A stretch of DNA of 64,000 nt from Anaerolineales bacterium (GCA_025450445.1 JANWHN010000086.1:8770-72769); one strand, 5' to 3'; positions 1-10,103 are shown, numbered from the stretch's first letter. A program made the numbers and translations. Notes: generated by a model from the sequence alone, not told the origin.

Positions 1-665
1 ATGGAGATGGAGATCAGGTACCTCGGTCAGACTCTTGCAAATCCGAAGAGACCCTTTGTGGCAATTCTGGGCGGCGCCAAGGTCAGTGACAAAATTGAGG
101 TTATTAAAAACTTGCTGAAGAAGGCGGACCAACTGCTGATTGGCGGTGGAATGGCGAACACTTTCTTCAAGGCACAAGGCTTGGAAATGGCGGACTCCCT
201 TGTCGAGCAGGATGCTCTTGAAACGGCGAAAGGGTTATTGCAAGATGGCAAAGAAAAGCTAAAGCTGCCGGTTGATGTCGTAATCGCGGATAAATTCGAG
301 GAAACTGCACAGCATAAAACAATCGATGTTGGCGATGTGCCGGCTGGCTGGCGGATTATGGATGTTGGCCCGAAAACCATCGAAGAATTTAGTAAATTTA
401 TTGAAAAAGCACAGACGGTGGTCTGGAACGGTCCTATGGGTGTCTTCGAGATGAAGCCTTTTGCGAAAGGCACCTTTGCCTAGCGAAAGCAGTGGCAGAA
501 TCGAGTGCGGAAAGCATTGTAGGCGGGGGCGATTCGGCTTCTGCGCTGCAGCAATCAGGGCTGGCGGACAAGATCACGCATATTTCCACGGGCGGCGGGG
601 CCTCGCTGGAAATGCTGGAAGGGAAAACGCTGCCAGGTCTGGCAGCGTTGCAGGATAAGGAATGA
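1..665 (+). pseudogene. pgk: Phosphoglycerate kinase, 3' part (gene enters from the left edge). The reading frame is broken by an apparent 1-nt deletion at about 478-483.
   Basis: Frame 1 (1-483) reads NPKRPFVAILGGAKVSDKI...[14 protein letters not shown] and stops at TAG 481-483. The canonical PGK C-terminus [22 protein letters not shown]...[24 protein letters not shown] continues in frame 3 (483-662, TGA 663-665). That segment has no start codon, so it is missing from the ORF track. Confidence 0.85.
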
Positions 666-1429
666 TGGCGCGCCCTCCACTGGTTGCTGGCAACTGGAAG
701 ATGAACAAGACCGTCGCTGGGGCTTTGCGCCTAGTTGAGGAGATGCTGCCTGGTTTGCAGGCTGTTGGTGGTGTGGAGAAACTTTTGTGCCCGCCGGCGC
801 CTGCGCTGATGCCGCTCTCAGCAATCTTGGATGGTAAGAATATTGGGTTGGGCGCCCAAAACCTGTATTGGGAAAAAGAAGGCGCGTACACCGGGGAACT
901 ATCTGCAGCGATGGTGAAGGAATTTTGCCAGTACGTGATCCTTGGGCATTCGGAGCGGCGCGCGATTTTTAATGAAAGCGACGCGGATATTCAACGCAAA
1001 GTGCAGGCAGCGCTAGCAGCCGGTTTGCGCCCGGTGTTGTGTGTGGGTGAAACCCTGGAGCAGAACGAAGCGGGGCGGGCGGCGGAGATTGTCTCAAGCC
1101 AGTTGCGAGCTGCCCTGGAAGGTGCACAAGTTGATTCGGCGGAAGCACTGGTAATCGCTTATGAGCCAGTATGGGCGATTGGGACTGGCAAAGCGGCCAC
1201 TCCCGAAGCGACAAACACGTTGTTACGCAATGTAGTGCGCCCAACTCTAGCCGGCTTGTTTGGAGAACATGTAGCAACAAGTGTCCGGGTGCTGTACGGC
1301 GGTTCAGTGAACGCGGCGAATGGAGCTAGCTTTTTTGCTGAAACTGAGATCGACGGCGCCTTAGTAGGTGGCGCCAGCTTGAAGGCGCAAGAATTTGTCG
1401 GCATCGTCCAAGCTGCACAGCAGAAGTAG
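662..1429 (+). CDS. tpiA: Triosephosphate isomerase
   Basis: N-terminus [13 protein letters not shown], then HSERR and [17 protein letters not shown], the classic TIM motifs. The ATG at 662 overlaps the pgk stop (ATGA). Confidence 0.95.
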   Translation: MMARPPLVAGNWKMNKTVAGALRLVEEMLPGLQAVGGVEKLLCPPAPALMPLSAILDGKNIGLGAQNLYWEKEGAYTGELSAAMVKEFCQYVILGHSERRAIFNESDADIQRKVQAALAAGLRPVLCVGETLEQNEAGRAAEIVSSQLRAALEGAQVDSAEALVIAYEPVWAIGTGKAATPEATNTLLRNVVRPTLAGLFGEHVATSVRVLYGGSVNAANGASFFAETEIDGALVGGASLKAQEFVGIVQAAQQK

Positions 1430-1436
1430 GAACAAG

Positions 1437-1826
1437 TTGGCAATTAAATTCGAAATTTCGACAACCATCCCAGCTGCTCCTGAGGAGGTCTATAAAGCTT
1501 GGCTGGATTCAAAACAGCACGGCGAGATGACCGGCGCTGCAGCCAAAGTCAGCGCGAAGGTTGGCGGAAAATTTGAGGCTTGGGACGGTTACATAACCGG
1601 CAAGAACCTCGATCTGGAGCCTGGCAAACGAATCGTGCAAGCATGGCGAACCTCGGAATTTTCTGACGACGAAGAAGATTCAAAGCTGGAAGTTATCCTA
1701 GTTAAGGCAAATAGCGGCACCAAGCTGACTATCAAGCACAGCAATCTACCCGAGCATGGTATGCAGTACAAGCAAGGCTGGGTCGACAGTTATTTTGAGC
1801 CAATGAAAGATTACTTCGAGAAATAA
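1437..1826 (+). CDS. SRPBCC / AHSA1 (Aha1-like) domain protein
   Basis: About 130 aa with EISTTIPAAPEEVYKAWLD...KFEAWDGYITGKNLDLEPGKRIVQAWR, typical of the SRPBCC Aha1-domain family. The track start (TTG 1395) overlaps tpiA. TTG 1437, after AGGAA, is preferred. The start is uncertain. Confidence 0.7.
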   Translation: MAIKFEISTTIPAAPEEVYKAWLDSKQHGEMTGAAAKVSAKVGGKFEAWDGYITGKNLDLEPGKRIVQAWRTSEFSDDEEDSKLEVILVKANSGTKLTIKHSNLPEHGMQYKQGWVDSYFEPMKDYFEK

Positions 1827-1854
1827 AAAGAGCCGGCGCCGCCGGCTCTTTTTG
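1825..1854. terminator. Bidirectional rho-independent terminator between convergent genes
   Basis: Perfect 9-bp stem AGAGCCGGC / GCCGGCTCT (1829-1837, 1841-1849) with a 3-nt loop. It is flanked by an A-run upstream and a T-run downstream. Confidence 0.75.
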
Positions 1855-1865
1855 ATGCCAATGAA

Positions 1866-3341
1866 CTAGCTGGCTTCGGCCAGCATCTTTTCGGAGAAGA
1901 TCTCAAAGCCGTCACCGCCACGTTCTTTGACGCGATACATGGCTTTGTCAGCGTTACGTAACAACACGTCTGTGTCGGCGATCTCCTTGTTACTCATAGC
2001 AATGCCGATGCTGGCAGTGGTGTTGACCGTCTGCCCCTCTTTAAACGTATAGGGTTGCAAAATGGCATCGCGAACGCGACCCGCTACTTGTTTGGCGTGT
2101 GAAGTCTCTTCAATGCCATCCAGGAAGATTGCAAATTCGTCACCGCCCAAGCGGGCTGCGAGGTCACCAGGGCGGATGCTGCTTTCGAGTCGCCGAGCGA
2201 ACTGAATGAGCAATTCGTCGCCAGCGTGGTGTCCGAATTGGTCGTTGATCTTTTTTAGTCCGTCCAGGTCGATAAAAAGAACTGCGAAGTGATAATCAGG
2301 CTCTGTTAGTGGACGAAGGTTGGCACGGCGCATATGATCGGTGAAGTATGCACGGTTAGGTAGCTGGGTGAGTACGTCGTGGAAAGCGTGGCGCTGCAGC
2401 ATTTCCTGGGTCTCTTTGCTTTCTGTGATGTCATGCAGGACACACACCCAACCGAGTTTTGCGGATTTCAACGGGGCGGAATGGACATCGAAATGTTGCA
2501 GTCCAACGCTTGTTTCCATGTCAAAGGCTTCACCCCGATCAAACTTTTCGTGAATCTTAGCTATGCGCTCCTGATCCATTCCAGCCCTTATTAGCAATTC
2601 ATCTAAGTTCTTTTTTCTTCCGGTCCGATCTACATCGAACAGCGTTTCCGCGGCGATGTTGGTGCGTTCTATCTCCAACTCTGGATTCAGCACCAAGACC
2701 GGGTCGGGAGTGCTTTGCAGGATGGCGTCCATGAGAGCGTGCTGTTCGACCAAATCGGCTTGAAAGCGACGTTTGCTGGTGATATTGCAAAACATAATCT
2801 CGGTTCCGATGATCTCGCCTTTATCGTTCTTGCTGGCGACGCCGGAGCACATCGCAAAAACAGGTTCGCCCTCGCGGTTATAAAGCGCCATTTCCCGCTC
2901 GCGTACAAAACCCTCAGCCTTAATGTCGTTGAAGAGCTGATTAGCGTCGTTCTGATCGGTCCACATGTAGCCCGGGAATTTTTTTTCTAAGATCTCGGTT
3001 TTTTGCTCGATACCCATCATGCCGAGGAAATATGGATTCGCATAGACAATGCGATCCTGCGCGTCTGTATACACGACCCCATCGTGGGCGTTGTTGTGGA
3101 AGTTAAGGTCGGACGTTGCACGCTCGAGAAAGTTCTTTTCCAGGGCGAGTTTGGTGTAATCGCTTTTGGCCTGGGCCAACTCCTGGCGAAGCTTTTGCAG
3201 CTCAGACCGTTTGGGCGTGGCTTTCGCCTTTTTCTTAATCGTTGATTTCAATTCAAAGCTCTTTCCCGCCGGCAAAAGGCGTAGACGACAATATAGTCTA
3301 TACCAACAGAGGCGCAAATCCTGCCGTGGTACTCCTAACAA
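1866..3341 (-). CDS. Diguanylate cyclase with an N-terminal coiled coil and two PAS-like domains (GGDEF)
   Basis: C-terminus has RLGGDEFAIFL preceded by an RxxD I-site (RPGD) five residues upstream, and PAS-like segments (VYTDAQDRIVYANPYFLGMMG). The start is uncertain: TTG 3341, or TTG 3248 behind GGAAAGAG. Confidence 0.85.
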   Translation of the reverse strand: MLGVPRQDLRLCWYRLYCRLRLLPAGKSFELKSTIKKKAKATPKRSELQKLRQELAQAKSDYTKLALEKNFLERATSDLNFHNNAHDGVVYTDAQDRIVYANPYFLGMMGIEQKTEILEKKFPGYMWTDQNDANQLFNDIKAEGFVREREMALYNREGEPVFAMCSGVASKNDKGEIIGTEIMFCNITSKRRFQADLVEQHALMDAILQSTPDPVLVLNPELEIERTNIAAETLFDVDRTGRKKNLDELLIRAGMDQERIAKIHEKFDRGEAFDMETSVGLQHFDVHSAPLKSAKLGWVCVLHDITESKETQEMLQRHAFHDVLTQLPNRAYFTDHMRRANLRPLTEPDYHFAVLFIDLDGLKKINDQFGHHAGDELLIQFARRLESSIRPGDLAARLGGDEFAIFLDGIEETSHAKQVAGRVRDAILQPYTFKEGQTVNTTASIGIAMSNKEIADTDVLLRNADKAMYRVKERGGDGFEIFSEKMLAEAS

Positions 3342-3361
3342 AATTGCAAGTAGACTGAAGT

Positions 3362-3988
3362 TTAACCAGTACCGAATTGGCGATCACCGGCGTCGCCTAG
3401 ACCTGGCACGATGTAGCCAATATCATTTAGGTGGCTGTCTATGGCGCCCAAGTAAATGGGCACATCGGGATGTTCTTTGGAAAGATGTTCAATCCCCTCG
3501 GGAGCCCCAAGGATGCCAATATATTTGATCTTTTTAACTCCCCATTTCTTGATAATGTTGATTGTCGCGGCCGCAGAACCGCCGGTAGCAAGCATCGGGT
3601 CGAGAACAAGGCAAACGCCCACGGTGGGCGCGGTGGGGAGCTTGTTGTAATACTGCACCGGCTGCAGTGTTTTTTCGTCACGATAGAGACCGATATGCCA
3701 GACCTGAGCGTCGGGCATAAGATCCCAAATTCCGTCCACCATTCCGAGACCAGCCCGTAGGATCGGTACAAGGCCAATGTTCTCCTCGACCTGGAATCCT
3801 GCAGCCTCGCCCATTGGGGTGACGACGGACCTTTCTTTTGTAGTCAAATCGGCGGTAGCTTCATAGGTAAGTAACGCGGTGATCTCGCTGACTAACTCGC
3901 GAAATTTACGCGGCTCAGTGGCTTTGTCTCTTAATATTGAAAGCTTGTGTTTGACCAGGGGATGAGTTGACTCGTGTGCTTTGGCCAT
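3362..3988 (-). CDS. upp: Uracil phosphoribosyltransferase
   Basis: THPLVKHKLSILRDK...LVPILRAGLGM...VLDPMLATGGSA are UPRT motifs. The ATG at 3988 is preceded by AGGAG. The track start at 4015 is an over-extension. Confidence 0.93.
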   Translation of the reverse strand: MAKAHESTHPLVKHKLSILRDKATEPRKFRELVSEITALLTYEATADLTTKERSVVTPMGEAAGFQVEENIGLVPILRAGLGMVDGIWDLMPDAQVWHIGLYRDEKTLQPVQYYNKLPTAPTVGVCLVLDPMLATGGSAAATINIIKKWGVKKIKYIGILGAPEGIEHLSKEHPDVPIYLGAIDSHLNDIGYIVPGLGDAGDRQFGTG

Positions 3989-4068
3989 TGTTAAACTCCT
4001 GCTGAATTTTGGCAATTATAGATGAACTCTCAACGATGCCGCTCCATCGAGCCTGTATAATCTTTTCG

Positions 4069-5094
4069 ATGAGCAGCCAACCGCGGATCATTGATCCGCT
4101 CCCGCGGGCGGATGATCGCTTTGAACCCGCGCTTCGTCCACGCAGCCTGGATGAGTTGGTCGGCCAGACAAAAGTAAAAGAAAATCTTGCCATCTTGATC
4201 GCGGCCGCACGCCAGCGAAGCGAACCGCTTGACCACGTCCTTTTTTATGGTCCACCTGGATTGGGGAAAACCACCTTGGCGCACATTCTGGCGAACGAAA
4301 TGGGGGTAAGCATCAAAGTGACCTCCGGGCCGGCCATCGAGCGCCAGGGCGATCTGGCTGCAATTTTGAGCAACCTTAATCAAGGCGATGTGCTTTTTGT
4401 GGATGAGATCCACCGGCTGGGCAAAGCGGTCGAGGAAGTTCTTTACCCGGCGATGGAGGATTACGCGCTGGATATTGTGATCGGCAAAGGACCTTCGGCG
4501 CGAGCGATCCGGCTCAGCTTGCCGCGTTTTACAGTGATCGGTGCCACAACTCGTCTGGCGTTGCTGACTGCGCCTTTACGCGCACGTTTTGGCGCTACGT
4601 TTCGATTGGATTATTACGATCCTGCATCGATGCTTATCATTCTGCAACGCGCGGCCTCCAAGCTGAACGTGGAGGTTGCGCAGGGTGGTCTGGAAGAGAT
4701 CGCGTCTCGAACCCGCGGAACCCCCCGAGTGGCTCTGCGCTTACTGAGACGGGTCCGAGACTACGCTGATGTGCGTGCACAGGGCGTGATTACCCACGAT
4801 GTGGCCCACGAAGCGCTCGACTTGCTTGAAGTAGACGAACTTGGATTGGATGAATTGGACCGCCGCGTTTTACGAACAATTATTCAAAAATTCAATGGCG
4901 GCCCTGTGGGTCTTAATACGATTGCGGCAGCTATAAGCGAAGAAGCCGACACAATCATGGACGTAGTGGAACCTTATCTGATGCAGCTCGGCTTTTTAGA
5001 ACGCAGATCGCAAGGGCGAATGGCCACGGCCCAATCCTGTGCACACTTGGGCCTGCCTTATCCTGGCGAACCGCAAACGCCGGCACTTTTCTAG
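4069..5094 (+). CDS. ruvB: Holliday junction branch migration helicase RuvB
   Basis: [12 protein letters not shown], Walker [18 protein letters not shown], and the RuvB C-terminal winged helix. ATG 4069 is preferred over the track start at 4009. Confidence 0.95.
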   Translation: MSSQPRIIDPLPRADDRFEPALRPRSLDELVGQTKVKENLAILIAAARQRSEPLDHVLFYGPPGLGKTTLAHILANEMGVSIKVTSGPAIERQGDLAAILSNLNQGDVLFVDEIHRLGKAVEEVLYPAMEDYALDIVIGKGPSARAIRLSLPRFTVIGATTRLALLTAPLRARFGATFRLDYYDPASMLIILQRAASKLNVEVAQGGLEEIASRTRGTPRVALRLLRRVRDYADVRAQGVITHDVAHEALDLLEVDELGLDELDRRVLRTIIQKFNGGPVGLNTIAAAISEEADTIMDVVEPYLMQLGFLERRSQGRMATAQSCAHLGLPYPGEPQTPALF

Positions 5095-5097
5095 AAG

Positions 5098-5325
5098 ATG
5101 AATGATCTTGGCAGGATCCTGGTTTATGCGGGAATGGGGCTGCTGGCGATCGGCGGATTGGTTCTGCTCTTGCCCCGCCTCGGTGTCCAGCTAGGAAGAC
5201 TGCCCGGCGATATTCGCTATCAAAGTGGGCAGTTTACTTGTCTCATCCCAATCGCTACAAGTATCTTGCTGTCAATAATTTTGACTATCGGCTTAAATCT
5301 TTTGGCGCGCTTCTTCAATCGCTAA
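5098..5325 (+). CDS. Small two-TM membrane protein, DUF2905-like
   Basis: 75 aa with LGRLPGDIRY flanked by hydrophobic helices. It lies 3 nt after the ruvB stop and upstream of queA, a position this family often occupies. Confidence 0.65.
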   Translation: MNDLGRILVYAGMGLLAIGGLVLLLPRLGVQLGRLPGDIRYQSGQFTCLIPIATSILLSIILTIGLNLLARFFNR

Positions 5326-5337
5326 TTTCCATCGGTT

Positions 5338-6351
5338 TTGAAAACTTCAGATTTCGACTACCAGCTTCCGGCTGAGCTAATCGCCCAGGAGCCGATCGAA
5401 CCAAGAGACGCGTCGCGTCTTTTGGTCTTAGATCGAGCCACTAGGAAACGTGAGCACAAGTCATTTGCCAAGATTGGAGATTCTCTTCGCCCCGGCGATC
5501 TGTTGGTAGTCAACCGGAGCCGAGTGGTGCCGGCTCGACTTAACGCAAAAAAAATTCCGGGGGGCGGTAAAGCAGAGATCCTTTTGCTGGAACGACTTAA
5601 ACCAACTGAATGGAAGGTGTTAGTAGGGGGAAAAGGATTGGCGGTTGGAAGAAGGGTCGAGTTAGAGAATGGGGTAAAGGCAGAGATCAGCCAAGATCTG
5701 GGTGGATCGCAAAGACTTCTGGTTCTGGAGAGGGAGCTTGGAGCTGATTTGGACGCGCTGGGCGAAGTGCCACTCCCGCCGTACATTCACGCCCCTTTGC
5801 AAGATCGCGAAAGATATCAAACCGTATATGCGAAGGAGAACGGTTCGGCTGCGGCGCCAACGGCTGGGCTACACTTCACTGCAACCCTAATAAACGAGCT
5901 CAAAACTAGAGGCATTGGATTTGCCGAGGTGACCTTACATATCGGTTTGGACACTTTTGCGCCCGTCAACGAGGAGAATGCGAAAGAGCACGTCATCCAC
6001 AGCGAATGGTGCAGCCTGAGCGCAGAGACGGCAGCCGCGGTTAATTCAACCCGCCACGCCGGGGGCAGGGTGATCGCGGTCGGGACTACGTCTGTGCGGG
6101 TCTTGGAAACGGCTGTGCAAGCTTCAGCAACTGTGGCTCCATTTGAGGGGCGAACTCGGCTATTTATTTTGCCCGGATACAAATTTCAGGTTGTTGATGG
6201 GCTACTGACAAACTTTCACCTGCCACGCTCAACTCTGCTGATGCTGGTTAGCGCGTTTGCGGGCCGCGATCTTATCTTAGAAACGTATCGCGAGGCGATC
6301 CGGGAAAGATATAGGTTCTATTCCTTTGGGGATGCGATGCTGATCTTGTAG
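5338..6351 (+). CDS. queA: S-adenosylmethionine:tRNA ribosyltransferase-isomerase
   Basis: N-terminus MKTSDFDYQLPAELIAQEPIEPRDASRLLVL and GLHFT...GTTSVRVLE...FYSFGDAMLI are QueA signatures. The start codon is TTG. Confidence 0.95.
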   Translation: MKTSDFDYQLPAELIAQEPIEPRDASRLLVLDRATRKREHKSFAKIGDSLRPGDLLVVNRSRVVPARLNAKKIPGGGKAEILLLERLKPTEWKVLVGGKGLAVGRRVELENGVKAEISQDLGGSQRLLVLERELGADLDALGEVPLPPYIHAPLQDRERYQTVYAKENGSAAAPTAGLHFTATLINELKTRGIGFAEVTLHIGLDTFAPVNEENAKEHVIHSEWCSLSAETAAAVNSTRHAGGRVIAVGTTSVRVLETAVQASATVAPFEGRTRLFILPGYKFQVVDGLLTNFHLPRSTLLMLVSAFAGRDLILETYREAIRERYRFYSFGDAMLIL

Positions 6352-6413
6352 ACTAACCGAGATGATTCGTGTAAAGCGCAAGAGCTACATCAATCGCATC
6401 AAGCGACCGTCAA

Positions 6414-9400
6414 TCAAAGCCATTTCTTTTCAACGACAACTAGGAAGGCGTCGATCACATCTGGGTCGAACTGCGTGCCGCGACAGCGTTTGAGCTCGAT
6501 GACCGCCTCAGCGTGGGATAGCGATTTGCGATACACGCGCTCGTCGGTCATTGCCACGTAGGCATCGGCAACACTGATAATGCGGGCAATCAACGGTATC
6601 TGCTCTCCTTTTAGACCGAGTGGATAGCCACTACCATCGTAGTTTTCCTGATGGGCACGGATAACGGGCGCTACGCGGCTTAAGGTGCGCACTGGTTCGA
6701 CAATACGAGCTCCGATTTCAGGATGCTGCCGCATGATCATTTCTTCCGCCTGTTCTAGTTTGCCAGGCTTTCGCAGGATCTCATCCGGCACACCGATCTT
6801 GCCAATGTCATGCAGCAAGGCTCCCCAACGGATATCCCACAGTTCCTCTTCAGTGCAACCTATTTGCTCGCCGGTCACAATTGCTAACTCGGCAAGCCGC
6901 TGGCTGTGGCCGCTTGTGTAGCTATCGCGAACATCGATGGCGCTTGCGAGCGCGCTAACCGTTTGCATATATGAATCGCGTACCTCTTCCAACAATCGAG
7001 CGTTTTCAAGAGCAATGCCCGCATGGATGGCGAAGGAAGAAACGAGCTGTGCGTCGTTTGCGCTGAACTGATTAGCCTCGTATCCGTCCACGGTCAGGAC
7101 GCCTATGCATTCCCCGCGCACAATAAGCGGAGCACCAATCCAGCTCTTTACGCCGGCTGCCCCGGGTGCGGCGAGCCAATCCGGATGCTCGCTGATATCT
7201 TCAAACACGACGGTGCGGTGTTCGTAGAGGAGCGGATGGCTGAATTTATCTTCTTTGATCGGCAATTCATAGCCAATGACGTCTGGGCTCAAGGATCCAG
7301 CAACCGCGCGAATGCTAAGGCCCTCGCCTTTTACGATCTGGATGGAGGCGCTATCAAAGGGCACCACACGTTTGAGCTGCTCAAGCACAAGATCAAGCAC
7401 CGTCGAGCTATCGGTCGTCGCGCTGAGGATCGCGGCAACTTCGCGCAGCGTCTCGGCCTGTTCGCGTTGGACGCGCTCTGACTCGTAGAGCCGCATTTTT
7501 TCGATTGAGGTACCAAGCTGGCCGGCAATCGTGCTCAACAGGCGCATGTCGGAGTCGGTAAAAGCTTCGACTTGAGCGCTTTCAGCGTTGATGACACCCA
7601 ACACACGATTGTCATTGCCTTCAATGGGCACACAAAGTTCGGAGCGCATAGATTTGTTGATCAGCATGTAACTGGGTTCTTTGCGCACATCTGCAACGCG
7701 CCATGGCTTACCGGTGGCCGCCACTCGCCCGGTGATCCCTTGTGAAAGGGGAACAAGATTCTTCTTGACCTGATCGCTGGCACCGCGATAGAAGCGGTTA
7801 ACGCGCAGGGACTGGACCTCTTCATCCAGCATCAGGAAGCCAAACTGATCCGGATAGATGCTGGCACCGATGATTTCTGTTGCTCGCTCCAATAGTTCAT
7901 CTTCGGTCTTTGCGTTTACGGCCGCATGTGTAATCGCGTGCAACACGGTTAATTCTTGCAACTGACGGCGGGTTGATTCGAAAAGATTAATCCCTTCGAG
8001 CGCAATAGAAATCTGTTCGCATAATGTGGTTAAGGCGGCCACTTCATATTCGTCAAACGCGTCCAGCTCATAGCTTTCGATGTTTAGAAGAGCAACTACT
8101 TTTTTATAGATCTTTATCGGAATGATCAATTCCGATCTTACTTTTTCGTGACCTTCAACGAGATTGTATTCAGGGCTCTTTTGAACGTTGTTTGCGACCA
8201 CAACTTGTCCGCTTCGGGCTGCTTTGTCCAGCAGGCCGATGCCAAATGCTTGAGCATATCCTTTGCCGGTCACGACTCTTTCAAACGAGCCGCTAACGGC
8301 CTCCATCACATATTCGCGGCGGTCCTCGTCGACCCGTGAAATATCTGTGGATACGTAATCCATTTCTTTGTTCAGGCGCTCAACCACGATCTTAAAGAGC
8401 TTGTCGCGTTCGAGTACACCACTCATCTCTGCAGTCAGCTTGTTCAGAATGCCAAGCTGGCGGGCGCGCTGGCGCTCGGCAGCAGCATTGCGTAAGCGCT
8501 CGATACCGCTCGTCAACTGACCAGCCAGAGTTACAAGAAGGCGTTCGTCAGCTTCTGTAAAATGATTTGCCTGCCGGCTTTCCGCGTTGACAACACCGAT
8601 AATGCGGTCTCCCAGTTTCATCGGCACGCACAGTTCTGATAGCGTGCGCGTGTCGTAGTCGAGGTAATTGCTTTCCTCGCGAATATCGGCAATCCGCATT
8701 GGGCTCCCACTGGCTGCCACTCGCCCGGTGACGCCTTTTTCCAGCGGGATCAGAACACCCTTGATCTCCGGTGCGGCTTCATAAGAGGGATGGAAATACA
8801 ATTCTTTGCCGGTCTGAGAGAGCAGCATGATCCCGAAATTGTCGGGATAGATACTGTCTCGAATGATATGCGTGGCGCTTTCTATTAATTCATCTTCATC
8901 CACGGCGTCGGTGGATGAGGCGGCCACTTTGTGCAAGATGCTAAGCTCCTGAAGCTGACGATGCGTCGCCTGGAACAAGCGCGCATTTTCCAGGGCAACA
9001 GCGGCCTGGTGGCAGAGGGTTTGCGCCAAATAGATCTCGCGGTCGCTAAATGTGCGTGGGGCGCGGGTATCTTGCAATTCCACCAGGCCGGCGTTCTTGC
9101 TTTGGGCGACTAGAGGAAGCAATAATAGCGTGGTAACTCCGGCCGCTTCGAGGGCCTTCCGTTCTTTCGGCAACAACTTTTCATCATCCAGGCGTCTTTG
9201 CAATGGACGGCTCTCGACTAAGACTTTGTTTAGCTCAACCTGTTCAGCAAGCGGAACGGGTTTGAAATTGAGCGGCAGTTGCTCTCCGTGCGGATCGACG
9301 AATTCCATGCGAGCTTTTAGGCCGGCGCCGGCTTGCCAATCTGCCAAGATGCACACTTGGACATCCAGCAGATGCGTCAGTTGATGCGCTACCACTTGGA

Positions 9401-9983
9401 GAACTTTTTCAAGCTCCAGGCTTGAGGCGATACTGGCCCCGGCGAGAGCCAGCCCGGCGAGCTCATCCGTGTGCTCGCTTTGCTGGTTAGCGGCCTGCTG
9501 GCGCCAAACTTCAAAGTCCTTGCGAGGGCTTATGTCGAAGATGTTGGCGCGGATCAGGTCTTTTTCCATTGTCGGTAAACGGAGCAGATTTACTTCGCAG
9601 GAAATATGCTGATCCAACTGGTTCTTAAAGACCCATTCAAAAACTGGAGCCTGGTCGTCTAACGCTGCCTCAAATTTTTGGCTCAATTGTTCTTTCAATG
9701 AACCTGCACCAGCTTGTTTCTTTGCACTCAATTGCCCCAGAGTAATTTTCTTTAGTTCTTCGATGGTTCCTTTAAACAGATGAAGGGCATTTTCGTTGGC
9801 CTCAACCACTCGGCCATTTTTAGGGTCCAGGATTAGAACCGCTTCAGCTGCGTGGGCGATAAGCGCGGCAAAATTTGGCAGCGGCTGGGTTTTGCTTTTG
9901 CCTTTGCGCCTCCCGATCAAAGGCTCGCGGTTAATTGAGGCAGCATCCCTTGCCCCAGGAGTTTTCTTTTTTAGTTTGGCCAA
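6414..9983 (-). CDS. Cytoplasmic multi-sensor HD-GYP c-di-GMP phosphodiesterase (PAS + five GAF-like modules + HD-GYP)
   Basis: C-terminus has HSQRLAEL...LLHDIGKIGVPDEIL...HPEIG...GSGYPLGL (HD-GYP). Five internally similar modules of about 160 aa each end in ...ALENARL/IERLR/IEKMRL (GAF-like). There are no TM segments. The start codon is TTG. Confidence 0.85.
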   Translation of the reverse strand: MAKLKKKTPGARDAASINREPLIGRRKGKSKTQPLPNFAALIAHAAEAVLILDPKNGRVVEANENALHLFKGTIEELKKITLGQLSAKKQAGAGSLKEQLSQKFEAALDDQAPVFEWVFKNQLDQHISCEVNLLRLPTMEKDLIRANIFDISPRKDFEVWRQQAANQQSEHTDELAGLALAGASIASSLELEKVLQVVAHQLTHLLDVQVCILADWQAGAGLKARMEFVDPHGEQLPLNFKPVPLAEQVELNKVLVESRPLQRRLDDEKLLPKERKALEAAGVTTLLLLPLVAQSKNAGLVELQDTRAPRTFSDREIYLAQTLCHQAAVALENARLFQATHRQLQELSILHKVAASSTDAVDEDELIESATHIIRDSIYPDNFGIMLLSQTGKELYFHPSYEAAPEIKGVLIPLEKGVTGRVAASGSPMRIADIREESNYLDYDTRTLSELCVPMKLGDRIIGVVNAESRQANHFTEADERLLVTLAGQLTSGIERLRNAAAERQRARQLGILNKLTAEMSGVLERDKLFKIVVERLNKEMDYVSTDISRVDEDRREYVMEAVSGSFERVVTGKGYAQAFGIGLLDKAARSGQVVVANNVQKSPEYNLVEGHEKVRSELIIPIKIYKKVVALLNIESYELDAFDEYEVAALTTLCEQISIALEGINLFESTRRQLQELTVLHAITHAAVNAKTEDELLERATEIIGASIYPDQFGFLMLDEEVQSLRVNRFYRGASDQVKKNLVPLSQGITGRVAATGKPWRVADVRKEPSYMLINKSMRSELCVPIEGNDNRVLGVINAESAQVEAFTDSDMRLLSTIAGQLGTSIEKMRLYESERVQREQAETLREVAAILSATTDSSTVLDLVLEQLKRVVPFDSASIQIVKGEGLSIRAVAGSLSPDVIGYELPIKEDKFSHPLLYEHRTVVFEDISEHPDWLAAPGAAGVKSWIGAPLIVRGECIGVLTVDGYEANQFSANDAQLVSSFAIHAGIALENARLLEEVRDSYMQTVSALASAIDVRDSYTSGHSQRLAELAIVTGEQIGCTEEELWDIRWGALLHDIGKIGVPDEILRKPGKLEQAEEMIMRQHPEIGARIVEPVRTLSRVAPVIRAHQENYDGSGYPLGLKGEQIPLIARIISVADAYVAMTDERVYRKSLSHAEAVIELKRCRGTQFDPDVIDAFLVVVEKKWL

Positions 9984-10103
9984 CTCTGTTCTTCTTTCCA
10001 GCCGCTACTTAAGCACTCCCGGGCGAGAGCAAGCGAAGCTTCGCCCTCACCCCAGCGAGTGCTGTTTTAAAACTAATGGTGCTAAGTAACGTGCTTGAGC
10101 TGT

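Noticed and set aside
461-658. A 65-aa ORF after the pgk stop, and a 148-aa minus ORF at 27-473.
   Set aside because: Both are wrong-frame or antisense readings of pgk. The real pgk 3' end is in frame 3 (483-665).
4056-4071. A TATAAT at 4056-4061 lies only 7 nt before the ruvB ATG, and TATACT lies 10 nt before the lepA ATG at 28854. This hints at leaderless mRNAs.
   Set aside because: The -35 elements are poor and there are no TSS data. It is plausible but cannot be supported from sequence alone.
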